The translations under genes and the position numbers were made by a program. A model generated the notes under the pieces. That model saw only the letters and a program-made list of their open reading frames with translations. It made no database searches and had not been told where the DNA came from. A DNA stretch of 52,944 nt from Stramenopiles sp. TOSAG23-3 (Eukaryota), in contig LT642158.1 in NCBI GenBank assembly GCA_900128585.1, positions 1 through 52,944 of the forward strand. The letters run 5' to 3'. Position 1 is the stretch's first letter. Each line of letters begins with the position of its first letter. Of this stretch, positions 19,426 through 29,613 are shown piece by piece.

Positions 19426-22400
19426 ATGGATATCATGATGGCGCTGGAGGCGTCCAGCCTCAAGGCGTTGCATGAGGACTTCGACCAAGACCCGGACGGC
19501 CTGGAATTAGAGCCTTACCTGTCCGTATTTTTAAATCGTTTGCCGAAAGAAAAGCTTGGGGAAACACACGAAGAAAAGGTTATGTTAATAAAGGATCTGG
19601 TAGAGCTATTTGAGCAAGTAGATGTTAATGGGGATGGAAGCATGGAGTGGGATGAGTTCACGGGCTATTGCATCGATAGCGGTATGGCTGCAACCAAGCA
19701 TAAGGCGATTGTTCTCTCAGAGCTATACGCTGAAGCAAAGTATAGAGACAAACAGCTGCACGGTGCGTTCATTTCAAAGTTGTTATGGTTTCAAGAAGTC
19801 TCCAAGTTGTGCGTCATAGGACATGGTAAAAAATGCCTCGAAGTGTACGAAGCAATGGAAGAAGCTGGGCCACGGCTGCTTCACAAAATCGAAAGTTCAG
19901 CGAGCTTAGCGGCAGGGAGGGAAGCTGTGGAAGCTGGGGCGGTCCTAGCGAGTGAATACTTGGCGCGCTTTAACTTAATTGCGATGTCAACGTCGGATTT
20001 GGCGCTCTCGTTTTTTCAAGAGAGGTACGCACGAAGTACGAAATCGGTGCCTTTCTTTAGGAAGAGAATCCATACGCCACAGGCACAGTCTATTTTACGT
20101 TGGTGCGATTGGAAAAATGTTGGTCTCTTGTTTTCCAGTGGTGGTCTGGTTCCTACTGTATATGGCTGGAGCGTGCGCTTGAAAGGGAGTGAAATTAAAT
20201 GCGAACAAACACACGCGCTAGAAATGCACAAAGATATCATTACCGACATTTGTCTCTCAACAGGATTTGGAATTAACGAAGATTTTTGCGTTCTATCTAC
20301 TGCGTCCATGGACAGGACCATCAACGTGTGGGGGATCGGGACCATGGCGGACCGGACACGTGGGGCTGCGAAGAGTCACCGAAAGACTATGCTAGGGCAC
20401 GATGCTGGGATTTTGTGCCTTGCAGATTGCAAGGATGGGCGGACTATTATTAGCTGTGGTTTCGACTACGACGCGTACGTTTGGGATGTGAAGGCTTTAG
20501 ATTGTGCCCCCATAATAAAATTGAAGGGTCATCGGTTTCCGTTACGCCGTTGTCATTTCATCAACGGCCGAGGGATCACGATTGACAAAATGGGGTGGGT
20601 TAAATACTGGAATTTGACTACGGATCTCGGCGCTGGCCAAAATCGGTGTTTACAGACAGTCCGGCCAACAAACAAAGATTGGAAGCCGTCTAGCACAGTT
20701 GCATTATACCCCCACAAACGTCTAGTGTTTGCTGCTCAGAAATTGCTCGTGTTTGATACGGTTCGAGTACGACCCAAGGAACTTCCAATCGCCAGCGTCA
20801 TTTACAATGACATTAGTATGACCATAGCAACGGCAACGGGGACGACGGTGAAACTATGGGATGCCGCAACTGCAGAAATGGCTCATGAATTTCACGAATG
20901 CATGGATCATGAGATTTCGACAATGGTGCTAGATGACCGAAAAAGAAAGTTTATTTTGGCAGATATTAAAGGGAACGTTAAATGTTTCAATTACTTGAAC
21001 GGTGCAATGATGAAAGACGCCGACCAGCCGCACACAGAAAATGTTTCCGCTATGATATATAGTGTGGAAGACCGATGCTTAATTACAGTTGGTTGGGATC
21101 GCAAACTAATTGTATTGGACGAAGAGCCGGGAGAGGACGATATTCCCACTTTGCGATCGGTCGCCGATGCTCATGAAAATGATATTTCCGCCGCGGCGTT
21201 TTCTCACCCGTTGTCGCTGATAGCAACAGGCGATTCCCAAGGGGTTGTAAAAATGTGGGATTTCCAATTTCTGACATTTGAAGGAATTTGCCACAGCTCC
21301 GGTATTGAAGTCACATGCATGAAATTTGTGGACCCGTACCCTATCTTGCTGGTGGCGGACTTCTCGGCTCAAATACACGTTTATCAGGTACGACCAGCGA
21401 TTCCTCGCCACAAGTTGTTAGGGACTTTCCTGAATTCGTGGGTAGATAAGTTTGGACAGCAGGCCACGTGGCCCATTTTAACGATGGAATTAGTGTACAA
21501 TGAAGATGGAGGATCTGAAATAGTCGATGGGGTCCACGAGGGTTCCCTAACGCTTGTTTGTGGGGACGAAGGGGGCAACATTTGTACATTAGATTTGGGA
21601 GGTTTCTTAAGAGACTCTAATATAACCGCGTGTGACCCCGAAAAGTTGCCCATCAACCGAAATAATTATTATGCCAGGCGAATGTTCGAGCGTGTTGGCG
21701 ATGGTCGAAAGAAGAAGAAACCCAAACCGGAAAACGATAACAGTGCAGATAATGAAGCATCCATGTTTGCGGACGAAATAGTTGAGAAAAGCACTACTAA
21801 AACTACGGTATCACCTTTGCCGGCGATACTAACCCCCATTGCGGCCCGAAAACCCGGTGAATCGACATTGGTGTATCCACAGCCTAACACAACGCGCCAG
21901 TCCGCCACATATGCTGACAGTGATGCGGGTGAGAGTGGGCAAACACCTGCTGAACGCACAGCCAAGCGATCGCTCTCCCTTCCAAAAATATACTTGCACG
22001 CAGGAAATGACGCCCCTGAAGAACAGGTAATTCTCGCTAGCACCCCTGCCACAAAAAATAAAGATAGGTTCCTCGAAAGTCTTGCAAAGGCTAGCCCAAT
22101 AAAAAAAATGCCGGGAATTCGTCTGTTGCATCGCTTTGAGGCTCATCAATCAAGGATCAAGACGTTGAGTGTTACTGCGTCGCCAGACATACTGTTGACA
22201 GCATCAGACGACATGACGTGCCGTTTGTGGACTTTAAATGGCCAAGCTAAGGGAATTTTAACCAGAGGAGAAGATGCTGATGCAAGCAGGGGCGCAAGAA
22301 AAAAGGTCTGGGTCTCTCCTGTTGACGGTTTAGCTAGAGAAATGGAAAAACTTAAGGATGCAGAAGAATTGGTGGATGCTGTGAAAGAATTCGAAAAGGA

Positions 22401-24063
22401 GCAAGCAGCTGAAGAGGAAGAAGAAGAACGGAAACGCGAGGAACTGGAAGAACGTCGACGACGGCACGAAGCGGCTGGTGGCGCCCTCGCAGCTGACCTC
22501 AAAAGGGAAAGAGAGAGGGAGCGACTGGTGGACCAGCTGGAGGGGGAAAAGACGTGGGTTCTAAGCGATGCCGAACTAGGCCGAATACAAGCAAGAGAGG
22601 CCGCCCAAGAGGCAATAAAACGCCGGGCAGAAAAAAAGGCAGCAAAGCGATCGGCAGAAGAAGCAGAAGATGCCGAAATGATTGAACTATTATCTGATCC
22701 TCCCCCATTGGACGAGCTTAAGAAGTTAAGGATGCAGTCAACGGGATGCGGGTTAACGCCCGATGACCCAGAGAATTGGGACCTGGCCGGCATGAACAAA
22801 CAAAAACAGCTATATCCAAGATTATACGGTGAAAGACATCGCGCAAAAATGCTAGAGGAGGAAAAAGTGGCAAAAAAGGGAGGAGAGCGGGACCTACTGA
22901 AACCTTCTGAGTGGTTACTAGAGCAGTACAAAGTCCACAGTAATGTTGTACATCAGTTGGAATTGAAACACCAACGGGTCAAAGATAGTATTGCAAAATC
23001 AAAAGCATTACTTAGAGCAAGAAAAATCGAAGCAGAAAAACAAGCGAAGAAAAGGAGAAGAAAACCTCGCCAGAAAAAACAATATGAGAAGGACCAGATG
23101 GAAATTGCAAAAGAGAAGGCACTTAGACGCGCACAAACGTCCGGTATGCTCCCAACCAACGAGACCCCCGAAGACGCTCGGAAGAGGGCGATGGCCTCGC
23201 ACAAGTTGGCATCCATCGTAAACTCGTTTGACACCTTAATACAACAAACGACGAAAGATGAAGCAGAAACGATAAAACTTCGAAAGGCAAGACGGGATGC
23301 ACTTGATGCAACGAAGCGAAAGAAAAAGAAGAAGAAAAAGCGAAAACAGAAGGCAGCAAGTAAGAAGGATAGTGAGGGCGACGAAAAATCAAGGGAAATA
23401 CTGGCCGAAGAATTGGAGCAGGAAGAAGAGCGGTTAAGAATAGAGCGTGTTCGGTTGAAAAAGAAGTTACATTTTGGGACGTACGGCGCAAAATATGTAC
23501 GGCACATGCGCCACGTGCTAAAAAAGTTAACAAATAAAAGCGGCAACAAACACAAAATTGTCCTTGAAGACTTCCTTGCAATGGAAAGAAAAGATGCAGA
23601 ACAATCACAAGGTTCGGGTGGCTCGCACATGGCAGATCACATGGAAAGCATGTTTAAAAGCATTGATGTTGGTGGTGACGGAATGGTCGACTTGGAGGAT
23701 CTCATTTTTATTCTCTTTAAAAAGACAAACAAATCTGAACGGGAAGACATCACAGATTACATTAAAATGGAAGTATCACCACGACTTGGCGGGGACGGGA
23801 AGAGACAGCTGGCGCCAGAGGAACTTGAGGAACTGCATCAAATTTTTAAGATGTGGGATGAAGATGCAAGTGGAAGCTTAGAGCCAGAGGAGATAAAGCG
23901 GGTGCTACCTTATGATTGTGGGATCGAACCGCACGAACTAGCAAGGATTCTTGCAGATGCAGATACGAACAAAGACGGTGTCATCGATAAAAAAGAATTT
24001 GTAGAAATGATGAGAGAACTTTTCGATGACAATTTGCACAAAACATACACAGTCGAGCTTTAA
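19426..24063 (+). CDS. EF-hand/WD40 protein (WDR49/EFCAB8/WDR64-like) with extra C-terminal EF-hands
   Basis: N-terminal EF loop DVNGDGSMEWDE. WD repeats (TASMDRTINVW, GHDAG..SCGFDYDAYVWD, TVKLWD, TASDDMTCRLW). Charged coiled coil. C-terminal EF loops DVGGDGMVDLED, DEDASGSLEPEE, DTNKDGVIDKKE. Confidence 0.85.
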   Translation: MDIMMALEASSLKALHEDFDQDPDGLELEPYLSVFLNRLPKEKLGETHEEKVMLIKDLVELFEQVDVNGDGSMEWDEFTGYCIDSGMAATKHKAIVLSELYAEAKYRDKQLHGAFISKLLWFQEVSKLCVIGHGKKCLEVYEAMEEAGPRLLHKIESSASLAAGREAVEAGAVLASEYLARFNLIAMSTSDLALSFFQERYARSTKSVPFFRKRIHTPQAQSILRWCDWKNVGLLFSSGGLVPTVYGWSVRLKGSEIKCEQTHALEMHKDIITDICLSTGFGINEDFCVLSTASMDRTINVWGIGTMADRTRGAAKSHRKTMLGHDAGILCLADCKDGRTIISCGFDYDAYVWDVKALDCAPIIKLKGHRFPLRRCHFINGRGITIDKMGWVKYWNLTTDLGAGQNRCLQTVRPTNKDWKPSSTVALYPHKRLVFAAQKLLVFDTVRVRPKELPIASVIYNDISMTIATATGTTVKLWDAATAEMAHEFHECMDHEISTMVLDDRKRKFILADIKGNVKCFNYLNGAMMKDADQPHTENVSAMIYSVEDRCLITVGWDRKLIVLDEEPGEDDIPTLRSVADAHENDISAAAFSHPLSLIATGDSQGVVKMWDFQFLTFEGICHSSGIEVTCMKFVDPYPILLVADFSAQIHVYQVRPAIPRHKLLGTFLNSWVDKFGQQATWPILTMELVYNEDGGSEIVDGVHEGSLTLVCGDEGGNICTLDLGGFLRDSNITACDPEKLPINRNNYYARRMFERVGDGRKKKKPKPENDNSADNEASMFADEIVEKSTTKTTVSPLPAILTPIAARKPGESTLVYPQPNTTRQSATYADSDAGESGQTPAERTAKRSLSLPKIYLHAGNDAPEEQVILASTPATKNKDRFLESLAKASPIKKMPGIRLLHRFEAHQSRIKTLSVTASPDILLTASDDMTCRLWTLNGQAKGILTRGEDADASRGARKKVWVSPVDGLAREMEKLKDAEELVDAVKEFEKEQAAEEEEEERKREELEERRRRHEAAGGALAADLKRERERERLVDQLEGEKTWVLSDAELGRIQAREAAQEAIKRRAEKKAAKRSAEEAEDAEMIELLSDPPPLDELKKLRMQSTGCGLTPDDPENWDLAGMNKQKQLYPRLYGERHRAKMLEEEKVAKKGGERDLLKPSEWLLEQYKVHSNVVHQLELKHQRVKDSIAKSKALLRARKIEAEKQAKKRRRKPRQKKQYEKDQMEIAKEKALRRAQTSGMLPTNETPEDARKRAMASHKLASIVNSFDTLIQQTTKDEAETIKLRKARRDALDATKRKKKKKKKRKQKAASKKDSEGDEKSREILAEELEQEEERLRIERVRLKKKLHFGTYGAKYVRHMRHVLKKLTNKSGNKHKIVLEDFLAMERKDAEQSQGSGGSHMADHMESMFKSIDVGGDGMVDLEDLIFILFKKTNKSEREDITDYIKMEVSPRLGGDGKRQLAPEELEELHQIFKMWDEDASGSLEPEEIKRVLPYDCGIEPHELARILADADTNKDGVIDKKEFVEMMRELFDDNLHKTYTVEL

Positions 24064-24072
24064 AGATTTTAA

Positions 24073-24184
24073 ATGTATATATTAATTAGTAAAATCTCAG
24101 GAGCAGCGATAAAGTTCGCAGTATATGAATGGACAAAAACCTTCATTGGGCAAAAGGAGCAGATTCACTTTCGCGGTATATGAA
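24073..24184 (+). pseudogene. Possible relic of a mitochondrial carrier (SLC25) helix, present as two diverged tandem fragments
   Basis: 24073-24183 translates MYILISKISGAAIKFAVYEWTKTFIGQKEQIHFRGI*. A second copy in a shifted frame reads FTFAVYEENK. Both resemble the SLC25 even-helix pattern PxxAIxFxxYExxK. Lies next to an N gap. Confidence 0.4.
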
Positions 24185-24204
24185 GAAAATAAATTTAATT
24201 TAAT

Positions 24205-24243
24205 NNNNNNNNNNNNNNNNNNNNNNNNNNNNNNNNNNNNNNN
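24205..24243. other. Assembly gap (N run)
   Basis: 39 consecutive Ns. Confidence 0.99.
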
Positions 24244-24515
24244 TCCACACATCATCATATGTTTAATTGTTACAGACAACGAGCCCCTTTAAAACATTTA
24301 TGATATGCCGCTGAGTAATTTTAAGACCAATCAATTGGAATCTTAAGCAGCAGTTATCGCCTTTAATTTTAATTTCCCAAACTTAAACTTAGATTTTCAG
24401 ATCGTATGATAAATGATAAAAGCCTGCTTATTTATGATAAGTTGAACATACTGTCCTGGGATTAATTTCATCGCGTACATTGATTTCAATGTTTCTCGCA
24501 GCGAAAACAGTTTAC

Positions 24516-27500
24516 TCAGGCGTTCGAGACAAACGGTTTATGGTCTCCTTTTAGCTGGCAGAATTCGTAATCATTTCCATGAAAAAACCTTCGTTCATTC
24601 AAAACAATATCTACCCCATCGCCCACCATGTTCCTGAAGTATCTTGGTATCTGGGAGCCCCCACATTCCATTACGTAGATGTCCTCGGAAGCAATCCCCC
24701 GTAGAATCCCTTCGTCAACTTCAACAGGTGAATAATTTCCGGATTCAAAGCGAAGGCATCTACGGCCAAATTCGTCTTCAACCTGCTTTGAGCGGCCTGA
24801 TGCGCCTTGGCCATGGGGGTTTGTGCCAGCGGCCACGCTTGCACGCCATTGGTCGATTTTGTCATCCATAGCGTCGCCTTTTCGCAAGATTGAACTTGCA
24901 TTTTCCGCACGATCACCTTCTAAAGGCGCGTCCATCTCCAAAATTTTCGCCCCTTCCTCGCGCGACATCCCCTCGGGTAGCTTAAACTCCACAAGAGGCA
25001 CAGGGTGAAATGTTAAGAAACAGCGCTGGAATTGCTGTCCACACTGAACACAAATATCCCCTGTATTTGCTGTATTCACTAATGCGTTGGAAGTGTAACA
25101 GCGAGTGCACACTGGTATTAAATCCTCTTTGTCGCTATACGGCTTTGCCTGGAGGTGAATGATTGCAATGTCAACAGAGTCTCGCCAACTGAAAGGAATT
25201 TTATACGCCTGTAAACGATCGTACGCCCATCGCGCCAATTTAAAGGCTTCCAACTGTTGGGAAGTCTGCGCAAGTGCATACAAAATGTGCACACGAGAAA
25301 GGCCCGCGGGGTCTTTTTTCAAAGGCCCGAGTACGTTCAGTAAATATCGGGATGCGTTAAATACAGTATGGGCGTCCAACGTCGTAAACGGTTCTTCCGT
25401 GTACTGCCAGATAAAATTGTACGCATGGTACATGGAGGCATGATCATCAGCCACTTTCGCTTTCCGAATGTGCATCTCTCGGTCGGCTTGATCCTCCGCC
25501 TTCTGTGCCACGGCCAAGTGCTCCTCCGCCAATTCAAAATTATGTCGTGCAGCATCAGTGTAGCGCCCCTCCGAGATTGCATTTTCTGCCAACGATGCAA
25601 CTAACTTAATGCTCATCAACGGTTTCCCAGCACGGCGGTACGCAGCTTGTGCCTCTTCGAAGCGGTCTTCACCGGCCAAGTACTGTGCATAAGGCTCGAA
25701 TACATTGTCATTGAACTGACCTGGATGGTTCTGCGCCAGTTCCATAGCGGCTTCCCAGTCTCCATTTGCCATTAAAAGTTTCATAAGTTCGCCAATTGCG
25801 CCCAACTTCACATACGTTTCTTTCGCAAACTTATGATGCCCATTACTTTGAAAGAATGCCGCAATTCGCCGAAGGTGGCCATCTTCAGAATTGGGGAGTT
25901 TTCGTACCAAGCTAACCAATTCCTCGGCCCCATTATGGTCGATCAAAAGGCCTATGGCACGTTCGTAGTCGCCGCTGTCCGAGAACATTGTTGCCGCACT
26001 CTTCCAATCTGCAGTATCTCTTGACCACTCTGCCTGTTGCCTTGTTAGATCGGTCACATTGATATTCTTGGATTTTGCCGCATACGCTTTTGCAGCATCC
26101 CAATTACGCAAATCGGCGTACATCTCAATAGCCAGGTCTACGTTGTTGGAGCGCTCAAATGCTTTCGCAGCATCGTTGTACCGCCCTTGGTAGGCAAGGA
26201 TCCGGCCCAGGAACACCGCATCATCGGCTTTTCCGTCTCCTCGCAATCCACTTTTAGACGCCTCAATGTGATTTAGCAATTCAATGTACCGCATGTCCCG
26301 TACTCGGATGAACGCCTTTCTTGCAATACCCAAACGCATTTTTTCCAAAGATTCAGTTGCCAACAGTCGCCAGTCGCTTTCGGTTACCCCCAGGCATGCG
26401 ACTGCGTACGCTTGGTCGTACTTTTTGTCTTCCAGAAACCGGTATAAAGAAGCACTTTGGGGCACGTCGATGGTTTGCATCGATATCCTATGCAAACAAA
26501 AAATTTTGGAACCCGTGAAACCAACGACAAACCCCTGCATTTTTTGCCTGGCGACAGGGTAGTCTCCTGTCTTTATGGACAGCATATTGTTACCACTGAA
26601 GCACAGCATGTCTTCCATCTCTGTGTTGAAAGAAACGCTGTTAGCATTGGTCTCCTTGAACAACAGCTCGCTCGTTTTCAAGTCGTAGACCAAGCAATTG
26701 TTCTTGTTGTCCACCACTGCCAGCTTCCGCCGGGTCATGGACAGGTCAAGACAACGCACACTACAATTTTGACGAATCAGCAGAATTGGGAAGGGATTAT
26801 TGATGAAGACTTCGAACACTGCACCGTTTTTCAGACCGATCAAAACCCCTTCTCTGCCAGGTGCCCCTCCTATTACTTTTATGTAGCGAATGACGCTCTC
26901 CATCACCCATTCCCTTTCTTTCGTGCCGCGGAACGAGTACAACTGCAGTTTTCGCTCGTGGCAGAGAATAACATGCCTGCTTGTCATCACTAGTAAATTG
27001 CAGTCGAGGCGCTTGTTGATACGTTCTTTGACTTTATAATGCATGTTGTTGGCTACATCACCCGCCACCTCGTACAACACAATTCTGTCCGGGAGCTGCA
27101 CGGCCAACCGGTCCTTATACACGGCGATCTTTTTCACGTAATCGCGACATTTGATTCGTACCTTCTGTTCGGTAATTAAGTGCTGAACAATTACGTCCGT
27201 CATAAAGTCTCGGTAAGCGTAGCGCTCTTTGTACAGCCCGTGTACTGTGTTGAACATCATTTGGACCAGCTCAATTTCTCCATCGTTTGTTCCGATGGCA
27301 ACATCGTTGTGCTTTGGGCGTGGCGCAACTGCCCACACCCAGTCTTTTTGCTCGGATATTGTCGTCAATTTCACGCCTTCCTTGGTCCACAAGGATGCCT
27401 TGTGGTCGCTGCCTCCGATGGCGATGTACTCTCCGTCCCCGCAATAACCAAGACTGCACGGGTCGAACCCTAGCTTGCGGTCTTTGCCGTGTTGTGCACC

Positions 27501-28145
27501 GCTGATTTGCCAAAAGCTTAGGGTTTGGTCCCAGCAACCGACCGCCAAAATGTCATAAGGCTGGTCTTCTTTTGGGGGTTTCCATTGCATGCACCAGATG
27601 GGCGCGCCACCGGAACGTTCGATGCAAATTTTCTCCTCCCCATCCTTGCTCCTCAAAGAGACGGTTCCGTTGAAGTGGCCCAACGTCAGAAACTGCCCGT
27701 CGTTCGTCCAGGCGCAGCAGCAAATTTTCGACAAAACCTTGTGCTTTTGGACGTTCTTCTGCTCGGGAGACCATAGCCCAAAATCGGACGATGTGCAAGA
27801 CGCCAGAGAGTGGGTGACTGGGTTGTACGCCAAGTGCTGCACGCTATCGTTATGAGAATATTTCAAAATACCCTCCGCTTTGGACGTCCAGATAATTATT
27901 GTGTTATCCGCACCCCCTGACGCAAAACGCTTCCCGTCTGCACTATACGTAACGGCGTAGACCGTGTCTTTGTGCCCCTTCAAAGAGTGCTGCAAGTCCC
28001 CATCCAACGCATCATACACGAGGACACGATTTCCAACACCTACCACCATCTCTGAGCCGTTTGGCTTAAAAGCAATACTCCACACAGGTGGCCGCTTGTC
28101 GCCGCGCTCGGGCATGGTATCCTGCCATATTACCTTGGTTTTCAT
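24516..28145 (-). CDS. IFT122: Intraflagellar transport protein 122 (IFT-A core)
   Basis: LKGHKDTVYAVTYSADGKRFASGGAD..IIWT..EGILKYSH, STVHGLY-like FNTVHGLYKERYAYRDFMTDVIVQHL, ACLGVTESDW, C-terminal CxxC...CxxC. First ATG (MKTKVIW) at 28145. Confidence 0.96.
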   Translation of the reverse strand: MKTKVIWQDTMPERGDKRPPVWSIAFKPNGSEMVVGVGNRVLVYDALDGDLQHSLKGHKDTVYAVTYSADGKRFASGGADNTIIIWTSKAEGILKYSHNDSVQHLAYNPVTHSLASCTSSDFGLWSPEQKNVQKHKVLSKICCCAWTNDGQFLTLGHFNGTVSLRSKDGEEKICIERSGGAPIWCMQWKPPKEDQPYDILAVGCWDQTLSFWQISGAQHGKDRKLGFDPCSLGYCGDGEYIAIGGSDHKASLWTKEGVKLTTISEQKDWVWAVAPRPKHNDVAIGTNDGEIELVQMMFNTVHGLYKERYAYRDFMTDVIVQHLITEQKVRIKCRDYVKKIAVYKDRLAVQLPDRIVLYEVAGDVANNMHYKVKERINKRLDCNLLVMTSRHVILCHERKLQLYSFRGTKEREWVMESVIRYIKVIGGAPGREGVLIGLKNGAVFEVFINNPFPILLIRQNCSVRCLDLSMTRRKLAVVDNKNNCLVYDLKTSELLFKETNANSVSFNTEMEDMLCFSGNNMLSIKTGDYPVARQKMQGFVVGFTGSKIFCLHRISMQTIDVPQSASLYRFLEDKKYDQAYAVACLGVTESDWRLLATESLEKMRLGIARKAFIRVRDMRYIELLNHIEASKSGLRGDGKADDAVFLGRILAYQGRYNDAAKAFERSNNVDLAIEMYADLRNWDAAKAYAAKSKNINVTDLTRQQAEWSRDTADWKSAATMFSDSGDYERAIGLLIDHNGAEELVSLVRKLPNSEDGHLRRIAAFFQSNGHHKFAKETYVKLGAIGELMKLLMANGDWEAAMELAQNHPGQFNDNVFEPYAQYLAGEDRFEEAQAAYRRAGKPLMSIKLVASLAENAISEGRYTDAARHNFELAEEHLAVAQKAEDQADREMHIRKAKVADDHASMYHAYNFIWQYTEEPFTTLDAHTVFNASRYLLNVLGPLKKDPAGLSRVHILYALAQTSQQLEAFKLARWAYDRLQAYKIPFSWRDSVDIAIIHLQAKPYSDKEDLIPVCTRCYTSNALVNTANTGDICVQCGQQFQRCFLTFHPVPLVEFKLPEGMSREEGAKILEMDAPLEGDRAENASSILRKGDAMDDKIDQWRASVAAGTNPHGQGASGRSKQVEDEFGRRCLRFESGNYSPVEVDEGILRGIASEDIYVMECGGSQIPRYFRNMVGDGVDIVLNERRFFHGNDYEFCQLKGDHKPFVSNA

Positions 28146-29613
28146 TCTGGTTTTAAAAAAGAATGGAAGCACTACTTCTAATTCAATACCTTTCCACAAC
28201 GAAATTCTCTCTACTACAATATTTCAGTCTTTATTTTTCCTTGAACTATGTTGAAAGATGAATACATCATATATTATCTTCTTCTTCAACAAATTCTTTT
28301 TTTGTTAATAAAAAATAATTCTTCTTTTTTAATTTTATTTTTCTTCTATCAAAAAAATTGAATTCAATTGCTTTGTTTAATGCTTCTTGCTGCTCTGATG
28401 CTCTGCTGAATCATATTATTCATTCTATTTAAGAGCCTCCTCCTTCTTATCTCCCACCTACAGTATTTAAAGTATAGCTCTATCATCTCAAATTGTTACA
28501 TTTTGGAATGTTAGTTATTATAAATGATTTCTTATTGTAATTATGATACACCCTATCAGATATAGTTAATTGAAGATTTCAAATTGAGTTTAAACATTCA
28601 GGTGCTGTACAACTATATAAACAAATACAACACACAGCAAACATTCATTGCAAAAAACAAGTGAATGATATGTACATGTACTAAAATAATTTAACATATA
28701 GATATCATCGGATACAAAATGTCTCTGTAGAGAAATTTGAATTTTTTTTTGTTCAACCAACCGTCGTCGGCCTTGTCTTGTCATTGTAGTTCTATTTACC
28801 AAATCCTATTTAAGTTCATTTAATAATGTTATTAAATGATATTAAAAGTTTATATAATGTCTATATATATTTATATTCTAATAAATACAGATCTTTTGAA
28901 GAATCAATCTTCAGTTGTTTCTGATGGTACAAACATTCATTGTATGTAACAATACCTTAACAGCATGGCGATCGGGCAGCGCCTTCTCAGATCTGGAGCG
29001 GTTACTGATTTTTGGTTAATACTGCGAGCTGCGAGCACAAGTAGTTGCAACTGCTTCATCACGGCCATTTTTTTGTGTTCCTTACTTGAGTTGAATACTT
29101 ACTGTTGCTGTACGTTGTACGGACCAGATAACCGAAATGAAGATCGTTTCTTACTTTTACCTTTAGCCCGTATAGTCATCGAAGACTATCATCATTATAA
29201 TCACAACTCTCATCTCAACCTACTACTACTTAACAAAAATTTTAATGGTGGGATAATTAGTGAGAATAGTAGGAGGTATTAGTAGAGGAGAAAAAAAACA
29301 AATTATATTATTAATTAATGATTATTATTTATTAATAAAATCTAATATTAATATTAATTAACAAGATAGAAGAAGAAGAAGAAGGAGGAAGAAAACAACA
29401 ACAACAAAGAAAAAAAAATTGAAAAGGAATTTAAAATTTATAAATGGGGAAGAAAGAGGGAAAAACAACAATGATACAAATGGTCACATCTAGTGACGGA
29501 CGAACGAAACTTGTACAGTCCCACTACCTAATTGCCCGATATTTACCAATTCATTGCAGGCATTTTGCCAGAAACAAGTAGTGCGTATTTGAACACTATT
29601 TACAGTTCCCACA

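Noticed and set aside
24397..24480. Minus-strand mini-ORF MYAMKLIPGQYVQLIINKQ, resembling the PGQYV motif of FAD-binding reductases
   Set aside because: A five-residue match in the IFT122 3' region is too short to support.
28990..29110. Possible snRNA/SL RNA (GATTTTTGG Sm-like site; ATACTTAC resembling the U1 5' end)
   Set aside because: U1 needs ATACTTACCTG and a downstream Sm site, whereas here the Sm-like word is upstream. No U2/U4/U5 hallmark was found. An Rfam scan would settle it.
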